Shown: positions 47,697 to 56,161 of the stretch, piece after piece
Layout of the letters: each line of letters starts with the position of its first letter
Numbering within the stretch: the first letter of the stretch is position 1
Assembly (NCBI GenBank): GCA_047610985.1
Contig: JBLFWU010000009.1
Span: 12,607-76,606, forward strand
From: Nitrospinales bacterium
Lineage (GTDB): Bacteria; Nitrospinota; Nitrospinia; Nitrospinales; VA-1
Length of the DNA stretch: 64,000 nt
Direction of reading: 5' to 3'
Notes under the pieces: generated by a model
The model's input: the letters and a program-made list of their open reading frames with translations, nothing else
Told to the model about the DNA's origin: nothing
The model's database searches: none
Made by a program: the position numbers and the translations under genes

Positions 47697-47737
47697 AAAA
47701 AAAAAGCAGCACCGGAACCGAAGTTCCGGTGCTGCTT
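47697..47737 (-). terminator. rho-independent terminator of the cupredoxin-like gene at 47752-48558
   Basis: On the minus strand: GCAGCACCGGAAC-TTCG-GTTCCGGTGCTGC (13-bp perfect stem, UUCG loop) followed by T9. Confidence 0.9.
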
Positions 47738-47751
47738 GATTGAAACGCTTT

Positions 47752-48558
47752 TTACTTAGCTGCCAGGGTGAAGTCAGCTTTAGCTGCACCAGCAGCCACT
47801 GTTACTTCCTGGGTTGATTCACCTACATAAGGCTGCCATGCGGTAACTTTATATTTACCAGCAGGAACGCCGTCAATTGTGAAAGCACCATCAGCTCCCG
47901 TAATTGCGTAGTAAGGGTTCCAAACAATGCGTGCATCGGCTTCCATGAAGTTATGCTGATCGCACTGCAAAAAGAAATGCTTATCTTTGCTAGACTTTAG
48001 ACGACCGATATTTTTGGACACTTCCGCAACATCACCCTCATTTGGAAGAGGCTTGTTGAACAATGTTTTACGACTTGCACCAACAACGGAATACCCATGT
48101 GGGTTATGCAAAATATTTGCATCGTTATTCTTTACGGTAAGAACTCCACCCGATTTCTTTTCAGCCTTGGTAGGCTTGCGAATAACCAACATTTTCTGAA
48201 CAATGTCGCATTTCGTGAAATCGTAAGCAGCTTTACCAGCATCACCCCAAGGCTTGCCACCGTCAATCTTTTCGATAAATACGACTGCGTCTTTCAGCTT
48301 GCCGCCAGCAGCTGACACTTTTACACGAGGGCGGATTCCATCTTTAGCATCCGGATGCGTGGTGCAGAACTCAACGTTCTTACCTTTTGATAAATCTTCC
48401 ATGATCGGAGCCATCGCAGCACCCTTTAACATGACTGTTCCAGTAATGCTACCCGCACCTGCTGTGCCTTCTGCATAACCTTTTTTCTTGGCGAAACTCG
48501 TAGAAGCTAGTGCCAATGAAAAGGCAACAACCATTACACTAAATACAATCTTTCTCAT
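47752..48558 (-). CDS. secreted cupredoxin-like/Ig-like protein (paralog 3 of 3)
   Basis: 268 aa with a signal peptide (LALASTSFA). AGGAGG RBS. Blocks SITGT, VEFCTT, FTKCD, ANILHNPHGY, LQCDQHNFM (C-x2-H-x2-M), NPYYAITGADGAFTIDGVPAGKYKVTAWQ. It has its own terminator. Confidence 0.75.
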   Translation of the reverse strand: MRKIVFSVMVVAFSLALASTSFAKKKGYAEGTAGAGSITGTVMLKGAAMAPIMEDLSKGKNVEFCTTHPDAKDGIRPRVKVSAAGGKLKDAVVFIEKIDGGKPWGDAGKAAYDFTKCDIVQKMLVIRKPTKAEKKSGGVLTVKNNDANILHNPHGYSVVGASRKTLFNKPLPNEGDVAEVSKNIGRLKSSKDKHFFLQCDQHNFMEADARIVWNPYYAITGADGAFTIDGVPAGKYKVTAWQPYVGESTQEVTVAAGAAKADFTLAAK

Positions 48559-48691
48559 TCTTTTCTTCCTCCTTTAGGAAATCAAAAAATATACACTACA
48601 CACATTTGAAGTGATTGAACACAAATTCGATGAAAAACCGCGCACTACAGAATTGCGGGATTCTATCATAAAAGGAAGGTACTTATAACGT

Positions 48692-48730
48692 AAAAAAGGG
48701 GCCCCATCAAGGGGCCCCTTTCACTTTTTT
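48692..48730. terminator. bidirectional rho-independent terminator downstream of the giant multicopper oxidase gene
   Basis: AAAGGGGCCCC-atcaa-GGGGCCCCTTT hairpin flanked by A6 upstream and T6 downstream, so it has a U-tract on both strands. Confidence 0.85.
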
Positions 48731-48754
48731 GCAATAAATGCCAAAAATCGATGC

Positions 48755-51700
48755 TTATCTCATCGAGAGCCGGTCATCCTCAGCTTTTGAGGCAGATTTC
48801 TCTTCCTCAGAAGGCTGAGATGCAGTTTTCACACCCTTTGGTGTAACCTTGCCAAGCGGCAGGATAGAACGGTCACCTGAAGATAGAACCTTAAAGTAAC
48901 CCCACTGACCCGCTTGTTGATAAGGTGTACGAGCGTTAAACCACAAGTACGTACCAGGGTTCTTGTACGTGCCGCCAGCATTGAAGAAGGCTTGAATGTA
49001 CTCGCCTGCTCCAAATTGCTCGGTGTCAATCATATCAGAGCCTTCCTGATCCATATGACGCCTCCACTGATGGCCATCCAAATTGAACATCTGGTTTTGT
49101 TCGTTATGAGCACCAAAAATATTGATCATAACCCTATCTCCTGCATGGGCTTTCAGAGTCGGTGTTGCAGGATCTTGATCTGCAGCAACACAAGCTGTGA
49201 ACATGTTACCAAGTTCACAACCCTCGTCTTCCCGATAGAGCCAAGGCTCCAGGCGATAGTTAACCCCTGTCAGGCCCGCTACGTTTTGCAGGTAAGGCAT
49301 GAAAGATGTACCAATGATATTGTCTTCATCCTGGAAATACAGTGCAAAATCCCTGTAGTTCTCAATGTTAGCGTTTTCAGGATAAGACTTGTCGATGATA
49401 ACGTCCGCTTTCCAAGAATTACCGAGAGAAATATCTTTCCCGGTTTCAGGATCGCGATACACCGAACCACGTGGGCCGATGATGATACCACCGAACATAC
49501 CATCGCGTAAGTTGGTCGTCAGGTTACCAAAGTCCCAAATCAATGAACCATTGATTTTGAAACCTGGATCTGCGTAGAACTCGTAGTTCTTCGATTTACC
49601 CGGAGCCACCGTCTGGTCGCCTGGGTTATTCCCAACGTTGATACCCTGAGAAGTCAGAGGATCAAACGCAATGTTGTTAAGATGCATTGAAGCATTGCCC
49701 GCTTTCAAGCGATTGGTCAATTTGATTTTGATACAATCGCCAATGTTGGCGTGCAAGGTCAACGGATGCGGCATATGCCCATCTGCTGCGGCTTGCTTGG
49801 CTTCACCTTCGAGAGCATAGATTTTGCCCGCTGCATTAGCGAGTAATAACTTACGCTCAAAGTCGACCTCGATTTCACCTTCGGTATTGGCGTTGAAGTT
49901 CAACTCTTTATCAATCGCTACAACACTGAAGCTTTTAACCGGTGAGCCTTTCGGACAAAGAACTTTCTTAACTTTTTTCTTAAATTCTTCATTACCCGGA
50001 AGCACTTTCAGGTCTTTTTGCAATTCATCGTGTACACGGATGATGCCCCACTCTCCTTCTGACAACTTTGAAGTTCTGCCGTCGTAGTAGAGATAGTCAC
50101 CTGCCATGCCCTGATAACCACCAGCAGTGGTTGCCAAGTCATAACGTTCCGCAATACCAATATGAATCGTATTGGTAACACGTGAATCTTTGTCGTAACG
50201 CTCAGGGCGGTAGCCATGACCGGATACAACAAAGGTGTGTGTTTCATTTTGCATACCATGAAGGAGACGGAAAACAATATTGTCTCCTACATAAGCACGT
50301 AACATTGGTGTTGCAGGCTCTCCGTGCACTTTACTATCGAACAACCTGGACGCGTCTTTATTATTCAAAAGACGTGAAGCCAAGGAAGCAGCACGGAAGT
50401 TGAACCCACCGCCGGTTGTATGCGTTCCGCCATTGAGATGCGGGAAAGCAACTTCCAGCATATCCGAAGGCATCTGGAAAGAAATCGACTGACCGGCAGC
50501 AATCGCGTTTTCACGTGTCAGCCCCGCTGGATTTCCTGCTGTAACCAGCTGTGCCGTATGAGGAACAGTGTCATGTAACTGCGCAACAAGTTCGCGGAAG
50601 CTACCATTTCGGCTATATGCGAAAGGTTCGGTTCCATGAATATCGGCAACTGGACCACTGCGGATCTCCTCACCGGTTTGCGGGTCATGATAAGTAGAAC
50701 CCCAAGGCTCAACAATAGTAGATCCGATTCCGCCATGCGGCCAGGTGGTCGCACCAAACGCATGATCGTGCCAGAAAACCAATCCAACATCTGCATCTAC
50801 CCACCATCGGTAACGCACATACTCGGTGGTTATAATCTGGTTAGCTGCATGAGCATGAGTCATACCCTCACTAAAGGTGATGGTGTACTTACCATCTTTA
50901 GCTTCACCTTTGTTTGGGTCAGGTGTGATGTTAGTGATCCAGCGCGCGTCTTTACCGTTAGGAACTTCGACACCAACAATGATATCAGCTCCAACATGGT
51001 AAGTCGGCGAACCTTTAGCCATTTGAAGCTCGACCTTCGTGTCGCCTGGCTTCGTCGCCTTCAACAACTTGGCGTTCATCGGCATCGGCATACTGACATG
51101 ATGACCGTCTTTCATCTTCTTAGTGAACTGCGTGTAAGACCTCATGGACTGGTCATATGAGAAACCAGTGATAACTCCATCTGAAGCCTGATTGTCGAAC
51201 TGGAAGAAATGCGGATGGATATTCACCTTAGACATTTGGAAGTTGGTGAAATCATCATCATCCCACTCACTGGTCAACAACACATCAACACAGTCATAAA
51301 CGTTGGCACGAATGACCAGAGGAATAGCCCTTTTAGGATCAGCTTTAACCTCAGCCATCTCTTCATCGATCACATAGATCAAGCCATACTTATCCACTAC
51401 AGGTGGCGTCTTGCCCACCGCCGGTGAAAGCTCAATCGGAGTGTTGATAAAATGTAGATTGTATTGTTTACGTCCTGCTCCTGGAGGACAAAGGCTCCAT
51501 CGCCCCTGCTCACCTGGTTTTGCAGGTGCACTGCTTTCAACATTGATTCCAGATCGACCACTACCAGATTCGGAACCTGTAATGATGTCTGCATCCGGTC
51601 TCATATGGAAAGGCTCCAACCAAGGAGCTCCACCATGGTGTCGAGCAAATGGAACACGCTTACCAAAATGCGGATTCAAATGCGGCCATGCAAGTTTACC

Positions 51701-53704
51701 GTGTTGATCAAACATGATCGGATGTCTCTTGCCTGGATGTGGAGATTTATACTTAGGCCATTCAATTATAGATTCTCGTTCAGAGAGTACCTGATTGCCT
51801 TTCCAGTCGTAATCCCATACAGAGCCATCATAGGCCTTAATCTGTTTGATTGGATCATCATAATGACCAGGCTGTCCCTTTGGAGGAAGCATGTACTTAA
51901 CCCAGTCTTTGATGTTAACGGTTGGATCCTCTTTCGACCAATCGCTTTTACCTTTATCAACAATATGAAACTTCTTGCCAAACCAGTCCATGGTTCTACC
52001 AACCAGTTTGTCTGAAGTTTGTCCATGAGGAATGCGTCCCACACGATCAGGAAGCTCCTTCAATGGACGCATAACATCGGTACTACCTGTTGGATAATTA
52101 CCGTCCTGTAGAACGTTATAAACTCTCCAATATCCCCACATGCCTGCAACATAGTGATGCGCTACATGACAATGGAAAAGAAAGTCACCTGCTAAACGCT
52201 GACAAAGACCAGACCCACATTCAGTCTCGAGATCCACAACTTCAGATGGACCAATAACTTTAACGTCAACACGGTCGGTCGTAGTACGAACAACAGGGTA
52301 CTTGACGGGACCATCATAAGCCGCACTGATGAGGTTGGCGATTTGCACTTCCCGTTTCGGGGAACGCGTCCAACGAATGGTTCCACCATGTGGATGATGT
52401 GAATGAAACACTTCACCACCACCATGAATCAAACGGAATTTTGCAGGATCACCCAGATAAGAACGGGGAATCGTGGTCGGTGCATCTCCGAAAGTATAAG
52501 AACTATATGCCAGTGACTCATCTTCAAAATGAAACTTCTTTTCCTGAATTGCCAGATTGTTGATACCAAATGGTTCAGAACGAAAGTTCAATGCTCTTGC
52601 AGAAGGACGATAAGCGTCTGTCTGCGGATCGCGCTGAGGAATCATTTCACCATGACGATTCAAGGGACGAAAAGATTCGTCACCGACTTCGTGATAAATC
52701 AAACCAAATTCACGAAAATCTCTTTCATCATCATTAACGATCATGGCCATCCAGCCGCTTTCCAGCGGGCCACCGGTCCATGGATCGACATAACGAGAAC
52801 CTTTAGGCTCTACAACCATCGCGCCGATCAAACCGAGAGAAGAAGGATCACGACCTGCATGGTTTTGAATCATGTGTCCGCCTTCTTGCTCATCAATAGG
52901 AATGTACCACTCGTATTCCTGCGTTTCACCAGCAGGAACTATTGCACCAGGTGTAGCAGCCGTATCAGGCTGACCTGTAGAGCTGATGATCATTGCAGAA
53001 CCGTTTACCTGAAAGCCTGCATCTTCATCTTCTAATTGGTTCGTGAATTTAATACGTAAGCAGTCGCCTTGATTCGCACGAATCATAAACGGTTGAATAG
53101 CATCTCCCTGAAGTCCGTTAGAAACGGCACCAGGGTCCAACGCGTCTTCACGAGCTGCTGCATTCTTTTCTTCTTCAGCTCGAACTTTATCAATGTCCTT
53201 ATCCAGAACATACATATAGCCCGGATAGTAATCGCCCCATTGGTTCAGGGTGATTTCGACGTTAATAGCTGAGACTTCGTAGGTTTTTGTAGAGGCGTTG
53301 CTCGGACAATGTGCACCTCTGTATACCTTGGCCGCAGCTTCTGTCGGTCCAAGCAAATAACTTTGACCTAATTGATGTCCCGCCCAGGAATCGTGGAATC
53401 CGCCGCCTGAAGATGCGGGACTCGCGTGTTCCTTAAGCTTTGATTTTAACTGATCCATAACCTTCATAAAGGTTTGGTCCAGTTTTTCTTGGCTACCTTC
53501 CAGCCCACTCATAACATCTTCATGCTCGAGTTGCTGATCAAGTTTTTTCAGCCAATTGGGTCTGTCAACTGCTGCGTTGCCAGAGTCATGACCGTCATGC
53601 GAATGGTCGGTCGAAATTGCACTAGCGGGAACAGAAAGTCCCAGGGTCAAAAAAACGACCGCAAGCGCATACAAGCTTTTCCACCCTTTTTTGACACGAA
53701 TCAT
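48755..53704 (-). CDS. giant secreted multicopper oxidase, six cupredoxin-like domains
   Basis: 1649 aa, AGGAGG RBS, Sec signal peptide (…SVPASA), His-rich mature N-terminus STDHSHDGHD. Type-1/trinuclear signature FHCHVAHHYVAGM (aa 510-522, nt 52139-52177) preceded by FHSHHPHG (aa 433-440). NIHPHF (aa 828-833) and FWHDHA (aa 977-982) lie downstream. Internal repeats include IRANQGDCLRIKFTN / LHANIGDCIKIKLTN and LHGMQNETHTFVVSGHGYR / FGAHNEQNQMFNLDGHQWR. Confidence 0.85.
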   Translation of the reverse strand: MIRVKKGWKSLYALAVVFLTLGLSVPASAISTDHSHDGHDSGNAAVDRPNWLKKLDQQLEHEDVMSGLEGSQEKLDQTFMKVMDQLKSKLKEHASPASSGGGFHDSWAGHQLGQSYLLGPTEAAAKVYRGAHCPSNASTKTYEVSAINVEITLNQWGDYYPGYMYVLDKDIDKVRAEEEKNAAAREDALDPGAVSNGLQGDAIQPFMIRANQGDCLRIKFTNQLEDEDAGFQVNGSAMIISSTGQPDTAATPGAIVPAGETQEYEWYIPIDEQEGGHMIQNHAGRDPSSLGLIGAMVVEPKGSRYVDPWTGGPLESGWMAMIVNDDERDFREFGLIYHEVGDESFRPLNRHGEMIPQRDPQTDAYRPSARALNFRSEPFGINNLAIQEKKFHFEDESLAYSSYTFGDAPTTIPRSYLGDPAKFRLIHGGGEVFHSHHPHGGTIRWTRSPKREVQIANLISAAYDGPVKYPVVRTTTDRVDVKVIGPSEVVDLETECGSGLCQRLAGDFLFHCHVAHHYVAGMWGYWRVYNVLQDGNYPTGSTDVMRPLKELPDRVGRIPHGQTSDKLVGRTMDWFGKKFHIVDKGKSDWSKEDPTVNIKDWVKYMLPPKGQPGHYDDPIKQIKAYDGSVWDYDWKGNQVLSERESIIEWPKYKSPHPGKRHPIMFDQHGKLAWPHLNPHFGKRVPFARHHGGAPWLEPFHMRPDADIITGSESGSGRSGINVESSAPAKPGEQGRWSLCPPGAGRKQYNLHFINTPIELSPAVGKTPPVVDKYGLIYVIDEEMAEVKADPKRAIPLVIRANVYDCVDVLLTSEWDDDDFTNFQMSKVNIHPHFFQFDNQASDGVITGFSYDQSMRSYTQFTKKMKDGHHVSMPMPMNAKLLKATKPGDTKVELQMAKGSPTYHVGADIIVGVEVPNGKDARWITNITPDPNKGEAKDGKYTITFSEGMTHAHAANQIITTEYVRYRWWVDADVGLVFWHDHAFGATTWPHGGIGSTIVEPWGSTYHDPQTGEEIRSGPVADIHGTEPFAYSRNGSFRELVAQLHDTVPHTAQLVTAGNPAGLTRENAIAAGQSISFQMPSDMLEVAFPHLNGGTHTTGGGFNFRAASLASRLLNNKDASRLFDSKVHGEPATPMLRAYVGDNIVFRLLHGMQNETHTFVVSGHGYRPERYDKDSRVTNTIHIGIAERYDLATTAGGYQGMAGDYLYYDGRTSKLSEGEWGIIRVHDELQKDLKVLPGNEEFKKKVKKVLCPKGSPVKSFSVVAIDKELNFNANTEGEIEVDFERKLLLANAAGKIYALEGEAKQAAADGHMPHPLTLHANIGDCIKIKLTNRLKAGNASMHLNNIAFDPLTSQGINVGNNPGDQTVAPGKSKNYEFYADPGFKINGSLIWDFGNLTTNLRDGMFGGIIIGPRGSVYRDPETGKDISLGNSWKADVIIDKSYPENANIENYRDFALYFQDEDNIIGTSFMPYLQNVAGLTGVNYRLEPWLYREDEGCELGNMFTACVAADQDPATPTLKAHAGDRVMINIFGAHNEQNQMFNLDGHQWRRHMDQEGSDMIDTEQFGAGEYIQAFFNAGGTYKNPGTYLWFNARTPYQQAGQWGYFKVLSSGDRSILPLGKVTPKGVKTASQPSEEEKSASKAEDDRLSMR

Positions 53705-53919
53705 TATCTACCTCCTAGTAGAGCGTCTAAAAATGGACAATAAAAAACAGTAATACGTAATATATTTCTTCTAATTATTGTGTGGCCCCATCCATCCTTT
53801 TTGGCGGGCTACAATCTATTAACCTATTACAATCAAAGGCTTATGTATAACATTAAAAAAAAACGAAACAATCCCTACAGATAAAGACCCTATATTTCGG
53901 GTGGGCAACTTTAACAAAT

Positions 53920-55224
53920 TTAATTTTCCCTTACAAGCCCCAAGTTGATTTTTTTATCGTCCCTCAAAACCAGTAGAAAAACAGAGCCACCTTTAGTCAC
54001 CCCGCTCAAAATACTCTCGAATTCATGTTGATTTTTCACCGTTTCTCCATTGACCGCCAAAATCTGGTCACCAACTTGTACGCCTTTTATTTCGGCATAA
54101 CTTCCTAGCTTTACAGTAGCTACTTTTGGGTTATTTTCAGCAAGAGGATCATCTGTTACCGAAAAGCCCAAAGATGAGGGGTCGCTGGGAGTCAAAGAGG
54201 CCAAAAGGCTGGTTTTCTTTTTCTTCGATTCAAGTTTCACAGGAACTGTCTTACCTTTGCCGTTTCTCAGAATATCCAGGTTAATGGTTTGTCCAGGAGT
54301 GATTGTGCCAATAATGCGGATCAGGGTATTGGGTGAGTCAACAACTGCGCCTCCAATTTTCAAAATAATATCCCCCACTTTCAATCCCGCTTGATGAGCC
54401 GGATCGCCTTCAAAAACAGAAGTGACGACAACGCCTTTCTTACTACCTTTTATTTCAGTCATCTCTTCGGGTAGCGGATCAATACCCACACCCAGCCAAC
54501 CGCGGTGCACTTCTCCGTGCTCCACCAATTGAGCAACAATATGCGAAACCATATTTGATGGGATGGAAAAACCAATGCTTTGCGCATAATTGATGATAGC
54601 GGTATTGATACCAATAACTTCACCTTTGATATTCAGTAACGGACCACCGCTATTCCCAGGGTTGATCGAAGCATCGGTTTGGATGAAATCTTCATATCGA
54701 GAGAGGTTGACGTTCTCTCTTTTTAATCCACTGACAATTCCAAAGGTTGTCGTATCGTTCAGCCCATAAGGATTGCCCACCGCCACTACCAATTGCCCTA
54801 TTCTGACCTTACTGGAATCTGCAAACTTTACCGCCGTCAGCGGCTGCGCGGATTCGACTTGCACCACAGCGAGATCAGTATCTTCATCAGCACCTAAAAC
54901 TTCACCGACAATCTTACTACCATCTTTAAATGTCACCAGTATCTTCAGGACATTACGCACTACATGGCTGTTAGTAACGATCAATCCTTTTTTTGCATTG
55001 AAGATAACACCCGCTCCTGCATTTGCAGGTCGACCTTTCCTAGGTAACCCCTGCCCCACAGCGCCTTTTGCAATATAGGGAGAAAGACTGACCACTGCCG
55101 GCCGAACTTTATCCGCCAACGCCACAAGCTCCTGCTCAACCTGCTCCAAAATTCCCGCACTGCTGGATTGCGCCAGTAGCAGGAAAATTATAATTGCGCA
55201 GACTTTTATAAGCGGATTGTTCAT
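53920..55224 (-). CDS. htrA: periplasmic serine endoprotease HtrA/DegP/DegQ family, two PDZ domains
   Basis: 434 aa with a signal peptide. Catalytic triad context TNSHVV, DLAVV, GNSGGPLL, followed by two PDZ segments. Confidence 0.92.
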   Translation of the reverse strand: MNNPLIKVCAIIIFLLLAQSSSAGILEQVEQELVALADKVRPAVVSLSPYIAKGAVGQGLPRKGRPANAGAGVIFNAKKGLIVTNSHVVRNVLKILVTFKDGSKIVGEVLGADEDTDLAVVQVESAQPLTAVKFADSSKVRIGQLVVAVGNPYGLNDTTTFGIVSGLKRENVNLSRYEDFIQTDASINPGNSGGPLLNIKGEVIGINTAIINYAQSIGFSIPSNMVSHIVAQLVEHGEVHRGWLGVGIDPLPEEMTEIKGSKKGVVVTSVFEGDPAHQAGLKVGDIILKIGGAVVDSPNTLIRIIGTITPGQTINLDILRNGKGKTVPVKLESKKKKTSLLASLTPSDPSSLGFSVTDDPLAENNPKVATVKLGSYAEIKGVQVGDQILAVNGETVKNQHEFESILSGVTKGGSVFLLVLRDDKKINLGLVREN

Positions 55225-55370
55225 AAATTATTTGGAGAGAAAGTAAGTGAGTGGGTTTCGAAGAAAAGCATTTTCGAATCCGTACTTGATTTTTCAATTA
55301 GGTCGTGAAAAAGTAACTACTTAGCGTTTTTATATAAACTATCCCTTTAACTGTCAAGCAGAACTGAATT

Positions 55371-56081
55371 ATGACTATATCCTCTAAAGACCTCGAAACC
55401 AAATCGGCAGAAGAACTGATCCAATGGGCTATGGACGAATATGGCTTGAAAGCCGGCCTCGCTTGCAGTTTTGGTATGGAAGACATGGTTCTCATAGATA
55501 TGATCGCCAAACTCAAAGGCCCGATCACCATCTTCACTCTCGATACAGGTCGTCTGCATGAGGAAACCTACGAAATAATGGAACGTGTGAGGTCGCATTA
55601 CGGACTGGAAATCAAAACCTATTTCCCGGACTGCAAAAAGGTAGAAAAACTAGTGCGAGGAAAAGGCTTCTTTTCCTTTAAAGAGAGTATTGAGAATCGG
55701 AAAGAGTGCTGCGCGATTAGAAAGATTGAACCTTTAAATCGTGCACTAGCCGAACTCGATGCCTGGGTCACGGGGTTAAGAAGAGACCAAGCGGTTACTC
55801 GCACCGAGACGCCAAAGGTTATAGAGGATTCCGATCACCCGCCTCTTATAAAAATAAACCCTCTCGCAGACTGGTCGCAAGAGCAGGTAGAGTCTTATAT
55901 CGAAAAACATAAAGTTCCTGTCAATGCTTTACATAAAAAGAATTATCCCAGTATAGGCTGTGCTCCCTGTACCCGCTCTATCGAGCCAGGCGAAGATATT
56001 CGTGCTGGAAGATGGTGGTGGGAAAACCCCGAACATAAAGAGTGCGGCCTTCACCGTGGGCCAACAGCTGGGGGCAACTAG
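55371..56081 (+). CDS. cysH: assimilatory adenylyl-sulfate (APS)/PAPS reductase, Fe-S type
   Basis: 236 aa. PP-loop-like region, KECCAIRK plus GCAPCT (the CC...CxxC cluster typical of APS-specific enzymes), and the C-terminal ECGLH motif. Confidence 0.88.
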   Translation: MTISSKDLETKSAEELIQWAMDEYGLKAGLACSFGMEDMVLIDMIAKLKGPITIFTLDTGRLHEETYEIMERVRSHYGLEIKTYFPDCKKVEKLVRGKGFFSFKESIENRKECCAIRKIEPLNRALAELDAWVTGLRRDQAVTRTETPKVIEDSDHPPLIKINPLADWSQEQVESYIEKHKVPVNALHKKNYPSIGCAPCTRSIEPGEDIRAGRWWWENPEHKECGLHRGPTAGGN

Positions 56082-56161
56082 CTGAGCAGGCACAGCAACC
56101 TAAAGTTTATACTTTCTAATTGATACAATTCCCTCAAAGCTTCTGGCTTCTTAATATTTCT

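Noticed and set aside
48829-53743. Many 60-200-aa ORFs antisense to, or out of frame within, the 1649-aa MCO gene; likewise 25622-26320 (232 aa) and others antisense to the OM channel gene
   Set aside because: They lie completely inside long ORFs that have clear motifs. They lack RBSs and recognisable domains, and have compositions typical of antisense read-through.
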